This document shows positions 1 through 9,531 of a stretch of DNA of 64,000 bases, piece by piece. Below the pieces are notes generated by a model. That model was not told the origin of the DNA. It worked only from the letters and a program-made list of their open reading frames with translations, and made no database searches. Position numbers and translations under genes: made by a program. Position 1 is the first letter of the stretch. The number at the start of each line of letters is the position of its first letter. The stretch spans positions 701,832 to 765,831 of the forward strand of contig CAWJQI010000005.1 in NCBI GenBank assembly GCA_963845085.1. The letters run 5' to 3'. The stretch is from Candidatus Fermentibacterota bacterium. GTDB taxonomy: Bacteria; Fermentibacterota; Fermentibacteria; Fermentibacterales; JCC-6.

Positions 1-396
1 CTGGGGCACTTCGCTCGGGGTGTTCATGATAATCTCCGGCACCACCGGTCTGGAGAGGTCCACCTGGGGTTCGATAAAGGGATGCTTCATTTAGAAGCTG
101 CATGTGATCTCCACCTCCCCTTCGGGACCGCACTGCGCCGACGATCCATCATCCGGCTCCGAAGCCATTCGGCTACCCGCACCGTCGTTCCCGCCAGGGG
201 AGTCTCGGATAGAGCCACGCAGTTGCTGATGGTTGAGCAAAACGGTAGAGGCAGTGTTGCGTCGTGATTGAGGTTACCTTAATACTCTTCCATTCCCTTT
301 AGGCATGTGAAGCGGCATCTGATGGGTTTTCCTCCTCAGAAGCCTGATTTGCCCTCAAACAGAGCTTCAGCGTAGTTTCCCACAGAGACGCCACTT

Positions 397-467
397 CCTG
401 CATCCATGCCACAAAGGTGTTCCATCGGAATCCTGTAAGGCTCGCCAAACTGTATGTACGGCTTCAC
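397..467. repeat. Intergenic direct repeat family A, copy 1 (71 bp)
   Basis: cctgcatccatgccacaaaggtgttcc...tacggcttcac matches 4967-5037 with 4 mismatches in 71 bp. Confidence 0.9.
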
Positions 468-560
468 TGCACACGGGTAATGAGTTTGCTTCTCCTCATC
501 ATCTCGTGCGGCATGAGACAGATAGGGCCAGTCGGACACACCAGTCGCGACTCAAATGAA

Positions 561-2942
561 CTAGCGCAGTAGCAGAACCTTTTCTACCGAAGAGGCGCCT
601 GATTCCATGCGGGCCTCGATGAAGTAGACTCCGCTGGAATACTCTGAAGCTTCCCATATGAATGTGTGTTCCCCCGCCTGCATGGTGCCTGAGGCAAGAC
701 ATTCTATCAGTCTACCGTTCAGGTCATAGACCGACAGATCGAAAGGCCCGTATCCCAAGGCCATTTCGATCTGAAGCACTGAATTGAAGGGATTGGGACC
801 GATCGACCAGGAAGCACCTGAAGGGACAGGTGCATCGTACGGAGGATCTACAGGCGTTCCCTCAGGTCCAAACGCAACGAAGAACACATCCGACGTGCCC
901 AGCAGTTCCGACTGATAGGGATTCTGAACCGGAAAGTCCGCCGAGTAGGTGGTTCCAACTAGGTGAGTGTTCCCAGAAGCATCCACTTCGATGTCGTGTC
1001 CGGCCTCATCATCGGTTCCACCCAGAAACGTGCTCCAGAAGAGCTCCGTTCCCCAGGGGGTGAACCTGGCTACCATACAGTCGTCGCTTCCAGCCAAATT
1101 GCCCTGAAATGGATTTTGGAGAGGCAGATCCGGAGACAACGTGAATCCGGTAACGAAAGCACTCCCTCCCTCGTCAACCCATAAGCCGCGAAGCCCATCA
1201 CTAAGGGATCCTCCATAGAAAGTGCTGTAGACAAGTTCCTGCCCGGTGGGATCCAATTTCGTTAAGAAGCCGTCACCACTGGGGCCTCCGGCAAGCTCCT
1301 CCTGAAAGGCGTATTTCACGGGAAAGTCCATAGATTCAGTATTCCCGACAATGAACAGGCACCCTTCATGCAGGCCCACAGCCCGTCCGTTCTCCCACAG
1401 ACTCCCGCCCAGATATGTTCCGTACAACATCTCCGATCCGTCCGGAGAGAGCTTCACCGCAAATGCATCCATCGTTCCCGCGAAGCTCTCCTGGTAGGCA
1501 TTCATCACCGGGAAGTTGCTTGATGATGTCCGGCCGGTCACATAGGAATTGTCTTCATCATCAACGATAACATCGAAAGCCTGGTCTGTTCCATACCCGC
1601 CCATGTAAGTGCTGTAAACAAGAGAGTCTCCCTCTGAACTGATGCAGGTGATAAATGCGTCATCCAACGGACTGGTGTAGGTAGCCTGAAACGGGTCCTG
1701 CAGCGGGAAGTTTGGGGAATCCGTATCTCCCACGATAAACATCAATCCAGATGGATCGATGGTAATACCTCCCGCATGCTCTGTCATGGAACCACCCAGA
1801 TAAGTACTGAATAGCAGTTCATCTCCACCTGACGAAAGTACGGAGATAAAAGCATCACCTCCGCCTTGGACTTCCTGAATCGGATTCAAAACCGGGAAGT
1901 CCTCTGAATACGTATCTCCCGCGATGTATATAGTCCCATCGGAAGATACATCGATGCCATCAGAGTAATCACTCGACGCCCCGCCAAGGTAGGTGCTGTA
2001 CAAGAGCTGGCTGCCGTCGGGAGAGAATTTAGATATGAATGCATCCGAGTATCCCGCAAAGCTGCTCTGGTATGGATTCTGAGTGGGAAAGTCGGATGAC
2101 CGAGTACTGCCACAAAGGATAATGGACCCATCAGTAGCAAGAACAAGGGCAGTTCCAAAGTCCCTCTCCGTTCCTCCCAGATATGAGCCGTACAGGAGTT
2201 CAAGCGGTGGATCTATCACAAGAGGCAAGGATGGATCGTGGTTCCCTATGTCAAACATGACGGTCGAGTGCCCGAGCAGGCGATAGGAGATATCCACCGG
2301 CTCCCTGCAGCCATCCCGGATCTGCCAGGCTTCGGGCCGACCCTCGACCAGAACGGTCTCTCCCGCTTCGACCCGAAGTTCTCCCGACGATGTCACATCA
2401 AGACCGTCGGCACCCCGGTACTCGATGATGATCCGATTCGGATCGGCACCTGGGGCTACGGTCAGATCGTACTTCAGGCCGCTTACCCCAATGTGGTAGA
2501 GAACATCTATCCCCGGATAGATACCCCGGTAACGGATGCCGTTGTACAATGGAACGTGAGACCTCCACTGTAACGGATCATCTCCGAGGAAGTAGTTGTG
2601 ATACTCGCTGAGTGGGCTCTCTCCTGCGATGACCGCATCAGGGGAAGCATCGAGAAAACGAACCTGCAGGACCGATCTTTCGACAGGCTCCACCGGCTCC
2701 AGATCCAACTCCGACCGGATGTCCACCTCATAGGGACGGTCAATGTCACAGTAGTGGTACTCGGAGACTACCACGCCCTCGGATGTGAACCAGAAGTCCG
2801 CATCACCCTGACGGAGGAGGAAGGAAACCTCCTCGGGCCACTGCCCGTCGTTACGGATGAATCCAGGGGAAGATTCCACCCGGGTGGAAGGTATTGCGAG
2901 GATGACGACCAGCACCAGCGTTCCTGTTCTGTATTGAGTCAT
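561..2942 (-). CDS. Secreted SBBP beta-propeller repeat protein with T9SS-type C-terminal sorting domain
   Basis: Signal peptide; N-terminal FIRNDGQW/YRGIYPGID/LVIDP domain; repeated YSTYLGG...D.G...G.T.S.DFP; C-terminal GPNPFN...VYDLNGRLI...SGVYFI. Confidence 0.88.
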   Translation of the reverse strand: MTQYRTGTLVLVVILAIPSTRVESSPGFIRNDGQWPEEVSFLLRQGDADFWFTSEGVVVSEYHYCDIDRPYEVDIRSELDLEPVEPVERSVLQVRFLDASPDAVIAGESPLSEYHNYFLGDDPLQWRSHVPLYNGIRYRGIYPGIDVLYHIGVSGLKYDLTVAPGADPNRIIIEYRGADGLDVTSSGELRVEAGETVLVEGRPEAWQIRDGCREPVDISYRLLGHSTVMFDIGNHDPSLPLVIDPPLELLYGSYLGGTERDFGTALVLATDGSIILCGSTRSSDFPTQNPYQSSFAGYSDAFISKFSPDGSQLLYSTYLGGASSDYSDGIDVSSDGTIYIAGDTYSEDFPVLNPIQEVQGGGDAFISVLSSGGDELLFSTYLGGSMTEHAGGITIDPSGLMFIVGDTDSPNFPLQDPFQATYTSPLDDAFITCISSEGDSLVYSTYMGGYGTDQAFDVIVDDEDNSYVTGRTSSSNFPVMNAYQESFAGTMDAFAVKLSPDGSEMLYGTYLGGSLWENGRAVGLHEGCLFIVGNTESMDFPVKYAFQEELAGGPSGDGFLTKLDPTGQELVYSTFYGGSLSDGLRGLWVDEGGSAFVTGFTLSPDLPLQNPFQGNLAGSDDCMVARFTPWGTELFWSTFLGGTDDEAGHDIEVDASGNTHLVGTTYSADFPVQNPYQSELLGTSDVFFVAFGPEGTPVDPPYDAPVPSGASWSIGPNPFNSVLQIEMALGYGPFDLSVYDLNGRLIECLASGTMQAGEHTFIWEASEYSSGVYFIEARMESGASSVEKVLLLR

Positions 2943-3079
2943 CCCGTTCCTCCTCGCTTATCCTGAACCTTAACTTAGGGTTATCTTGAATCGAGATAAC
3001 AACCTTGGTTGACCATGTCAATCTCTGTCATGGCTCGGAAGCATGGAGCGCTTTCCTTCAAGACGCCAGAGATCTCTCT

Positions 3080-3144
3080 CAGGGCCGCGATTCCCTTCAG
3101 CCAAGGGAGAAGAGAGTTCCAACGCAGGTCAACTCGCCTCGCCA
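3080..3144. repeat. Intergenic direct repeat family B, copy 1 (65 bp), upstream of TA pair 1
   Basis: cagggccgcgattccc...gttccaacgcaggtcaactcgcctcgcca matches 4106-4170 with 4 mismatches. Confidence 0.9.
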
Positions 3145-3342
3145 GCTGACATTCCCCCTCTTCAAACAGCACGCAAAGGCCGAAATGATAGGCACCTATC
3201 TATTTCTATCAGTGATTGAGCATTGATAACTGAACCATTTTCGACAACAGAAGCTACGCAAGGCTAAAGGATCTGTCTCAACTTTTCATCACTTGTAATC
3301 TTCATTCGGCTGTGCTATTCTTGAGTCCGAGGGAGACACGAC

Positions 3343-3627
3343 ATGGATAATCTGGTTGTCGCAAACAGAAGCAGGATCAGGAAACTGGCCCGCCTTCATC
3401 GTATCAGGCGTCTTCGCCTGTTCGGTTCCATGAGCCGTGATTCTGCGACCCCCGAAAGCGATGTTGATCTCATCGCCGACCTGGAAGAGGAAGGAACCCT
3501 TCTGGATCTTGGAGCATTCCTTATGGACCTTCAGGATCTTCTGGGAAGACCGGTCCAGGTCGTGACCGAACGTTCCCTTCATCCCGCGATCCGGTCTGGT
3601 GCCCTTCGCGATGCCGTTGACCTGTGA
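3343..3627 (+). CDS. Minimal nucleotidyltransferase (MntA-type antitoxin)
   Basis: LFGSMSRDSATPESDVDL motif (GS-x10-DxD); GTGA overlap with the downstream HEPN gene. Confidence 0.9.
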   Translation: MDNLVVANRSRIRKLARLHRIRRLRLFGSMSRDSATPESDVDLIADLEEEGTLLDLGAFLMDLQDLLGRPVQVVTERSLHPAIRSGALRDAVDL

Positions 3628-3956
3628 AGGCACCGGGTTTTCTCATCAGGCATGCACTGGATTGTATCGAACGCATCAACACCTATACCGGCTGCGGGCA
3701 TGACGGTTTCATGGCATCCACTCTGATACAGGACGCTGTCGTTCGCAACCTGCAGATCATGTGCGAGTCCCTTTCCAGGGTGCCGGAGGATATCAGGATT
3801 GCTCATCCCCAGGTAGAATGGCGTGGAATAGCGGGCCTCCGCAATATTCTGGTGCATGACTACTTCGGCGTTGACACCGGTCTGGTGTGGCAGGTTGTTG
3901 AGACTCGGCTGCCTGAACTTGAAACCCACCTGAAATCAATTCTGGCTTCACTATAA
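3624..3956 (+). CDS. HepT/DUF86 HEPN RNase toxin
   Basis: QDAVVRNLQIMCE; RNILVHDY (Rx4HxY) motif. Confidence 0.9.
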   Translation: MKAPGFLIRHALDCIERINTYTGCGHDGFMASTLIQDAVVRNLQIMCESLSRVPEDIRIAHPQVEWRGIAGLRNILVHDYFGVDTGLVWQVVETRLPELETHLKSILASL

Positions 3957-4105
3957 GGCCGTTATCCAACGCACGCTTGAATACCAGTCATGCAGAGACC
4001 GCCACGATGAGGACGAGACTCTTTGCACATGAATTTGCCCCTCTGAGTTACACTTCTGAGTATGCGGGCTCAGGAGACATCACTGTTGATCTGATGAAGC
4101 ACCGA

Positions 4106-4170
4106 CAGGGCCGCGATTCCCTGAAGCCAGTGGAGAAGAGAGTTCCAACGCAGGTCAACTCGCCTCGCCA
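4106..4170. repeat. Intergenic direct repeat family B, copy 2, upstream of TA pair 2
   Basis: Matches 3080-3144. Confidence 0.9.
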
Positions 4171-4221
4171 AACAGCATGACATCTGCCTTGCCTTCACGC
4201 ATATTCAAACGGAGGCACACC

Positions 4222-4521
4222 ATGGGCATTACATCATCCAAAAAGAAAAAGATCAAAGCATACTGTGAAACCCACGGTGTGAAATCCCTGTACCTGTTTG
4301 GCTCAAGGGCCAGGGGAGATGACACAGGAACCAGCGATTTTGACCTCCTGATAGAGTTCAAGGATGGTTCTCACATAAGCTATCTTGACATGATGATCAT
4401 GAAGTCTGAGCTGGAAGGCATACTGGGTTCCGGGATTGACCTGGTTGAAGGCGCTTCTGTAGTGAATCCCATTCGGCGAAGTAGAATACTTAGCGAGCGG
4501 ACGCCTCTGTATGGTGCCTGA
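4222..4521 (+). CDS. Minimal nucleotidyltransferase (MntA-type antitoxin), second copy
   Basis: LFGSRARGDDTGTSDFDL motif; start taken at ATG 4222 after GGAGG. Confidence 0.88.
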   Translation: MGITSSKKKKIKAYCETHGVKSLYLFGSRARGDDTGTSDFDLLIEFKDGSHISYLDMMIMKSELEGILGSGIDLVEGASVVNPIRRSRILSERTPLYGA

Positions 4522-4877
4522 GGATCGCGACGCAGCAATTCTTCTGGATATCGTTAACGCTGTGCGGGATATCGAGGGTTTTGTTAACGGTGTAAAACTC
4601 TCAAGAATTCGCCAACAACAGGATGCTAAGATACGCTGTGGAACGGCAGCTGATTGTGGTTGGAGAAGCCGCAAAAAGGTTGTCTGATTCCCTTAAAAGC
4701 ACTACACCTTCGGTTCCATGGACTGCAATCATCGGTTTGAGGAACATCCTTGCCCATGAGTATGGCGAGATACTGGCGGAGCGTATCTGGCTGGTCGCAA
4801 CACGGGATCTGAAGAAACTTCTGAAGGAAATACTTCCCCATCTGCATCGTTTGGAAGGTGGAGAAGCGCTTCAATAA
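4511..4877 (+). pseudogene. HepT/DUF86 HEPN toxin, frameshifted near 4595-4605 (pseudogene or sequencing indel)
   Basis: ATG 4511 reads MVPEDRDAAILLDIVNAVRDIEGFVNG (DUF86 N-terminus); the remainder (EFANNRMLRYAVERQL...RNILAHEY) is in the +1 frame. Confidence 0.8.
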
Positions 4878-4966
4878 GGGCCTGTGCCGTCAAGGGCCTT
4901 TTGTGACTGATCCATGACACAATGCATCCGAGACAAGCCCCTTGGTAAAGCCCAGAAAAACGATTC

Positions 4967-5037
4967 CCTGCATCCAGGCCACAAAGGTGTTCCATCGGAG
5001 TCCTGAAAGGCTCGCCAAACTGCATGTACGGCTTCAC
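4967..5037. repeat. Intergenic direct repeat family A, copy 2
   Basis: Matches 397-467. Confidence 0.9.
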
Positions 5038-5139
5038 GATTCGACGGTTGTCGGTTCATCACTATTAGAGGGGGCGATCCCAAGCACCGGCTGACGATCT
5101 GCAACCCAGATTCGGGAAGCTGAGTGGATTCTCCCAGCA

Positions 5140-6819
5140 CTACCTGAGTACAACCAGGCTTGTTGTGCCGGAGATACCATCCTGTGTCCAGTAAATCAGA
5201 TAGACACCGGGGGGCATGCCGCTGACATCCAACTCCAGAAGTCGTTCCGGACCTTCGGGAATCCCGGAATCGACTATCAGACGGCCCGAGAGATCGAAGA
5301 CTCTGACATCCGCCTCGGCATGCGAGGGGGAAGTCAGCATCAGCAGCGCAGAGCTGTTGACAGGATTCCGGAGTAAACGCAGCTCTGGTGTTGTTGATCC
5401 CCCAGACTCCGCATCCTCAATGCCTAGGGGATCGACGCAAAACGATACAGTGTCTGCATGGATGGTTCCCCCGGGGCAGTATGCTTCCACGATAAGCTCA
5501 TTCCAGCCGACTTCGGCAGTAATCGGCCCATCATAACTGAACTTGTACCCCGTTCCGAAGGCGTAGAGATTTCCGTCTATCGAAGAGATGTACATGATCC
5601 CATCGGTGACGGCCGGCGTGGACTGGAACCACTCCGCCTCAACCTGGTATGTCCAGACGATTTCTCCGGTTTCGCAGTCGAGGGCCATCACCCGAGCATA
5701 CCCCGTCGGATTGGCGTTCTCGCCAAAAAATACAAGCCCGTCGGCAACGCAGGGTGAACCGTGGATGCCGGCGTTCGCAGACCACTGGATCGTTCCCGCG
5801 AGGGTATCGGCGCAGAAGAACGGCCCCACTGGTTGCTCAACTCCCCCGAACAGGAATCCGTCGTGATAGGAAAGAGTTGCTGTAATGGTTCCCCCCGCGG
5901 GCGAAGTCCAGAGGATGTCGCCGTTCAGGCAGTCGATGGCGAGGACGGAGCCTTCCCAGGAACAGATGTATATGGTGCTGTCGACAAGAACAGGTGACGA
6001 GTCCCAGAATCCACCTTGAATGGGCGTTGCCCAAACCGTTTCACCGGTCGAACTATCAAAAGCATAGAGTGGGCTGTAGTCACTGGAGCCATAGGGAAAG
6101 GTCGGAACAATGACCAGATCCTCCCAGACCGCAAGGCAGCTCATCGTCATCTCCGGGATGACAGATGTCCATTCCAACGCTCCGGTCATTGCATCGAACC
6201 TGCTGATCATTGACTGCTGGCCCCAGATATGGGTTCCCGCATACACCTTGCCTTCCACCACGGCAGGTGTGCTCCCGCCATCGTTTGCCAGACCCGAAGC
6301 CCATACCCTGCTCCCGTTCAGGGCATCGAGGCAGTACAGCGAATCGCTGGCGTCATAAACCAGCCCGTCCCTCACTGTGACCGCATCATCAGTCCAACCG
6401 ACGGGGTAGTCCCACAGGGTTTCACCTGTGAGCGCGTCGAGGGCATAGAGCATATAGGGAGCCGCACACGATGGGTAGTAAACGATCCCATCAACAACGA
6501 CCGGATTGGGGAACTCGTGAATAAATCCGCATATCGGAGCCGTCCAAAGGATCGAGGCGTCATGTGGAGCGGGGGACTCCGAGAAACCGTGATGCTGGTC
6601 GTTCTGCTTGTATGTGTACCAGTCCGTATCGAGCCTCGGCAAGTGGGTCCAGGTTCCACCGTTCAGCGAATAGATTACTGAATCGGCCAGGAGGTTCTCG
6701 TAGTCAAGAACGGCCCGGACATTCATCTCGAGCGAGCTGTAAAATCCGCCGTCCTCGGGTTGGGTGATCATCAATTCAGTTGCGGAAACAACAGCCATCA
6801 TGATTACGGCATAGCACAT
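5140..6819 (-). CDS. Secreted PQQ-like (BamB-type) beta-propeller repeat protein with T9SS-type C-terminal domain
   Basis: Repeated LYALDA.TG...W and S.PAV.DG.VY units; C-terminal RNPV...VFDLSGRLI...PGVYLI. Confidence 0.85.
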   Translation of the reverse strand: MCYAVIMMAVVSATELMITQPEDGGFYSSLEMNVRAVLDYENLLADSVIYSLNGGTWTHLPRLDTDWYTYKQNDQHHGFSESPAPHDASILWTAPICGFIHEFPNPVVVDGIVYYPSCAAPYMLYALDALTGETLWDYPVGWTDDAVTVRDGLVYDASDSLYCLDALNGSRVWASGLANDGGSTPAVVEGKVYAGTHIWGQQSMISRFDAMTGALEWTSVIPEMTMSCLAVWEDLVIVPTFPYGSSDYSPLYAFDSSTGETVWATPIQGGFWDSSPVLVDSTIYICSWEGSVLAIDCLNGDILWTSPAGGTITATLSYHDGFLFGGVEQPVGPFFCADTLAGTIQWSANAGIHGSPCVADGLVFFGENANPTGYARVMALDCETGEIVWTYQVEAEWFQSTPAVTDGIMYISSIDGNLYAFGTGYKFSYDGPITAEVGWNELIVEAYCPGGTIHADTVSFCVDPLGIEDAESGGSTTPELRLLRNPVNSSALLMLTSPSHAEADVRVFDLSGRLIVDSGIPEGPERLLELDVSGMPPGVYLIYWTQDGISGTTSLVVLR

Positions 6820-6942
6820 ATGAACCCTCTTATCACAATGATACCTGTCATGTCAATGATGAACAAAATATTGCGTGTTCGATCCGAAAGGCAACCTGAA
6901 TCTCAACTGGACTTCAGGCAGAAGGCACAAAAACCTTTTTGA

Positions 6943-8673
6943 TCAACGCGAGATGGTGAAGACGCCCTGCCGCGAGTTGTCCCAGTTGAAGTAGGCGCAG
7001 CAGATATCGTTGATCAGAGGCAGCGGCGTCATGCCTGTGACGATGATATCGTCCATATTTTCGTCATACAGAACAGCCCCGACAAACGTGAAGCCGTCGG
7101 TGTCATAGACCTGCGGCGTGGCATAGGCATCGTCCCAGAGATAGGCATATAGATGCCCATCGGCCTCAAGAAGGGTCGCGGAATAAGGCATGAATGGGAG
7201 GTATGCGGATTCAATCACTGACAGGTCAAGCGGGTCAAGCCTGTAGAACACGCCTGATGTTGAAATGCAGCAGAGATCTCCCGAGGAAGTCCCAGTGATG
7301 CTTGTGGTAATCGGAACGATTGAGCTGGATGCGACGATCTCCAGAGTGACAGGATCTATCCGCCGGAGTTCGGGAAGAATGTATGTTCCGAATCCCTCGA
7401 CAACCCGTCCCGCTGTAAAAGCATAATCCAGGGTGTCCTGAAGGGTCATCGAGGGGATATGCAGAGCCAGCGACCAGCTGGTGAAAGATTGGTGCAGTAT
7501 GCCCATGCCGCCGCTATTCAGAGCGAGCACAGCATCACATTCGAAACCGATATTGAAACTGTCGAGCGGCTCCAGAGTTTCTTCGTCGAGCGTCCTGACA
7601 ATACAGGAGGATTCCGATAACATGTCCAGATGCAGAATTGCGTTCTGCTGGGGAGCGACCGAAAAATGGGAGTTGTACCCATCGATACAGAAATAGGCTT
7701 GAGAACTGATACAATCCGTTCTCATTCTTCTCGTTCTATTATACGTGGGATATGGTGGGTATTGACTATACTGTGATTCGTCAAAATAAATAAATTCATT
7801 GTTCAATGAAGCAGTAAGACCGGTAGACATGGTATAGGATGCTATGTCACCCGGACCCACCCAGACCTGATCCATCCTGTATGGAATCTCCAGGCTTGAA
7901 GAGTATTCAAGCGTGTTGCTCACCGAAGTCAACCCCTGTCGACCCTCTGTGATCACCTGATAAAGCCTCGGAGACCATGCTGGAATGACTGAATCGATAA
8001 AGACGGTATCCGAACGAACAGTGCTTACCATGAGTGTGTCACGTTCCATTGAAAACGGCAGCTCAAACCTGAGAAGTGTGTAGCTTTGGAAATAAACATC
8101 GGGGCATGCCGTCCAGGTCAGGATGCATCTTCCCATGGGAAGATCGGTTGCTGAAAGCACTGATGGAGTTGGCATCGGGGACGAGGGCATCATTATGCTG
8201 TCCTCATCGCTCCATAGTTTCGTCGAATCGGAAGTCAGTGCGCTCACGGCATAGTGGTATTCAGCCCCCCAGGACATCTCAATTGAATCAGAAAACAACG
8301 TATCCGAGGTATTCCCGATGATGACGGAAGCTTTTCCCCCGAAACGGATGCCCGCCGTGGTTGACCTGTACAGGGTATACACAAGTGCGGAATCGCCTTC
8401 AGGCGGATGCCACGAAACCGTTACCTCGCAGTAAGGGTCACCACGGTGGACAGTTCTGCCGCGAACACCCGTCGGGATTGCTTCGGTTCGTTCGCCCGAG
8501 GAATCTACAGAGTCTCCTGTGAAGGAGATGGAAGCAAGAAAAAAGTCCGGCTGGAAGGGTTCCGGACCGGATGGATCATCGCCGCAGGATGATGCCAGAA
8601 CAAGCCAAAGCACAGCCGGCAGCGCATACAAAGGTCTGCAATGCATCCTTGCGTTCATGTCCATCCAATCCAT
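6943..8673 (-). CDS. Putative lipoprotein with FN3-like repeats and a C-terminal beta-propeller-like region
   Basis: Lipobox-like LVLASSC; V.VSW...YTLYRS...Y.YAVSA FN3 pattern twice; start uncertain (8673/8664/8658). Confidence 0.65.
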   Translation of the reverse strand: MDWMDMNARMHCRPLYALPAVLWLVLASSCGDDPSGPEPFQPDFFLASISFTGDSVDSSGERTEAIPTGVRGRTVHRGDPYCEVTVSWHPPEGDSALVYTLYRSTTAGIRFGGKASVIIGNTSDTLFSDSIEMSWGAEYHYAVSALTSDSTKLWSDEDSIMMPSSPMPTPSVLSATDLPMGRCILTWTACPDVYFQSYTLLRFELPFSMERDTLMVSTVRSDTVFIDSVIPAWSPRLYQVITEGRQGLTSVSNTLEYSSSLEIPYRMDQVWVGPGDIASYTMSTGLTASLNNEFIYFDESQYSQYPPYPTYNRTRRMRTDCISSQAYFCIDGYNSHFSVAPQQNAILHLDMLSESSCIVRTLDEETLEPLDSFNIGFECDAVLALNSGGMGILHQSFTSWSLALHIPSMTLQDTLDYAFTAGRVVEGFGTYILPELRRIDPVTLEIVASSSIVPITTSITGTSSGDLCCISTSGVFYRLDPLDLSVIESAYLPFMPYSATLLEADGHLYAYLWDDAYATPQVYDTDGFTFVGAVLYDENMDDIIVTGMTPLPLINDICCAYFNWDNSRQGVFTISR

Positions 8674-8840
8674 TCGGTCACTCCGAAATGAAGGTTCAAA
8701 AAGAAATATGTGTTTCAGAAACATTCCTGACAATCTGTCAAATACGTTGGCATACGCATGCCTGCAATCCGCAGGCCTGTTTCCCAGACGAATTTCCATC
8801 GCATCGCCGGGAAGAACACCCTTGCTGCATGACAAACGGA

Positions 8841-8867
8841 AGCCCTCCGGTTTGAAGCCGGAGGGCT
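8841..8867 (-). terminator. GC-rich stem-loop just after the selenoprotein pair
   Basis: agccctccgg-tttgaag-ccggagggct, 10-bp perfect stem 20 nt beyond the stop at 8888; weak U-tract. Confidence 0.6.
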
Positions 8868-8887
8868 GCGTGTTCATGTGATCCGCT

Positions 8888-9520
8888 TTACTGGAAGGAA
8901 GCCTTGACTCCGGCGAACGTGGTGCTCGAAAGGGTTTGCTCCCCTGAGAACTGAAGAAGGGGTATCACGCTGGTCTGACTTCCCGTTTCCGAATCGTAAG
9001 GTCCGGAGGTGCATCGCATTGTTCCGGTGTTCCATTGCCATGTGTAAACGCACTCCGTGCCCAGCTCCTCACCGTCGGACCAGAGAATCTCGATGATGAG
9101 GTTGTGGGTTCCCCCGTACCAGTAGGAGGAGTCGAGCTCGAAGGGTATCCAGGCGTTCGGTTCGGCCTCGAGCAGAAGGCTTTCACGGCTGAACAGAAGC
9201 GTCCGGGTGCCGGGGATGAAATTATCTTCGAAGTTGGCGCCGAGAACGTCTGAGTCGGTCAGCCCCGCCCAGATCTCGAAGTCGGTGAATGTGGTCTGAC
9301 CGGATGTGGTTCCCGAGCTGTGCCTCTTGAGGCTGATGGTGTCGAATTCAAACGCTTCGCCCATCTCAGAGTCGAGCACTACCGCCTGGTAGCGCAGCGA
9401 CTCGATTCAAGATACGCAGAGCGGCTCGCCTGAGGACAGCTCCTCGCTGCCAATGGTCACTGTCGCAGCCCCGGCAGGAACGGCTGCAAACAGAAGCAAC
9501 AGCGTGGCAAGTGTTTTCAT
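8888..9520 (-). CDS. Putative secreted selenoprotein A (210 aa; CVSU motif, TGA 9409-9407 read as Sec)
   Basis: ATG 9520 after GAGGCGG; MKTLATLLLLFAAVPAGA signal peptide, then ...EPLCVS*IESLRYQAVVLDSEM in frame with ORF 8888-9379; SECIS-like hairpin; same TGA position in the paralog. Confidence 0.8.
9376..9395 (-). promoter_or_regulatory. SECIS-like hairpin of selenoprotein A
   Basis: GCGCUACC-AGGC-GGUAGUGC, 8-bp stem starting 11 nt after UGA. Confidence 0.7.
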
Positions 9521-9531
9521 GTGTGACCGCC

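Noticed and set aside
1-103. Start of a minus-strand gene running off the window
   Set aside because: Two candidate ATGs in different frames (103 and 90) and too little sequence to choose or assign a product
3080-5037. Integron attC sites
   Set aside because: Repeats A and B lack the RYYYAAC...GTTRRRY inverted ends and long imperfect palindrome; no intI in the window
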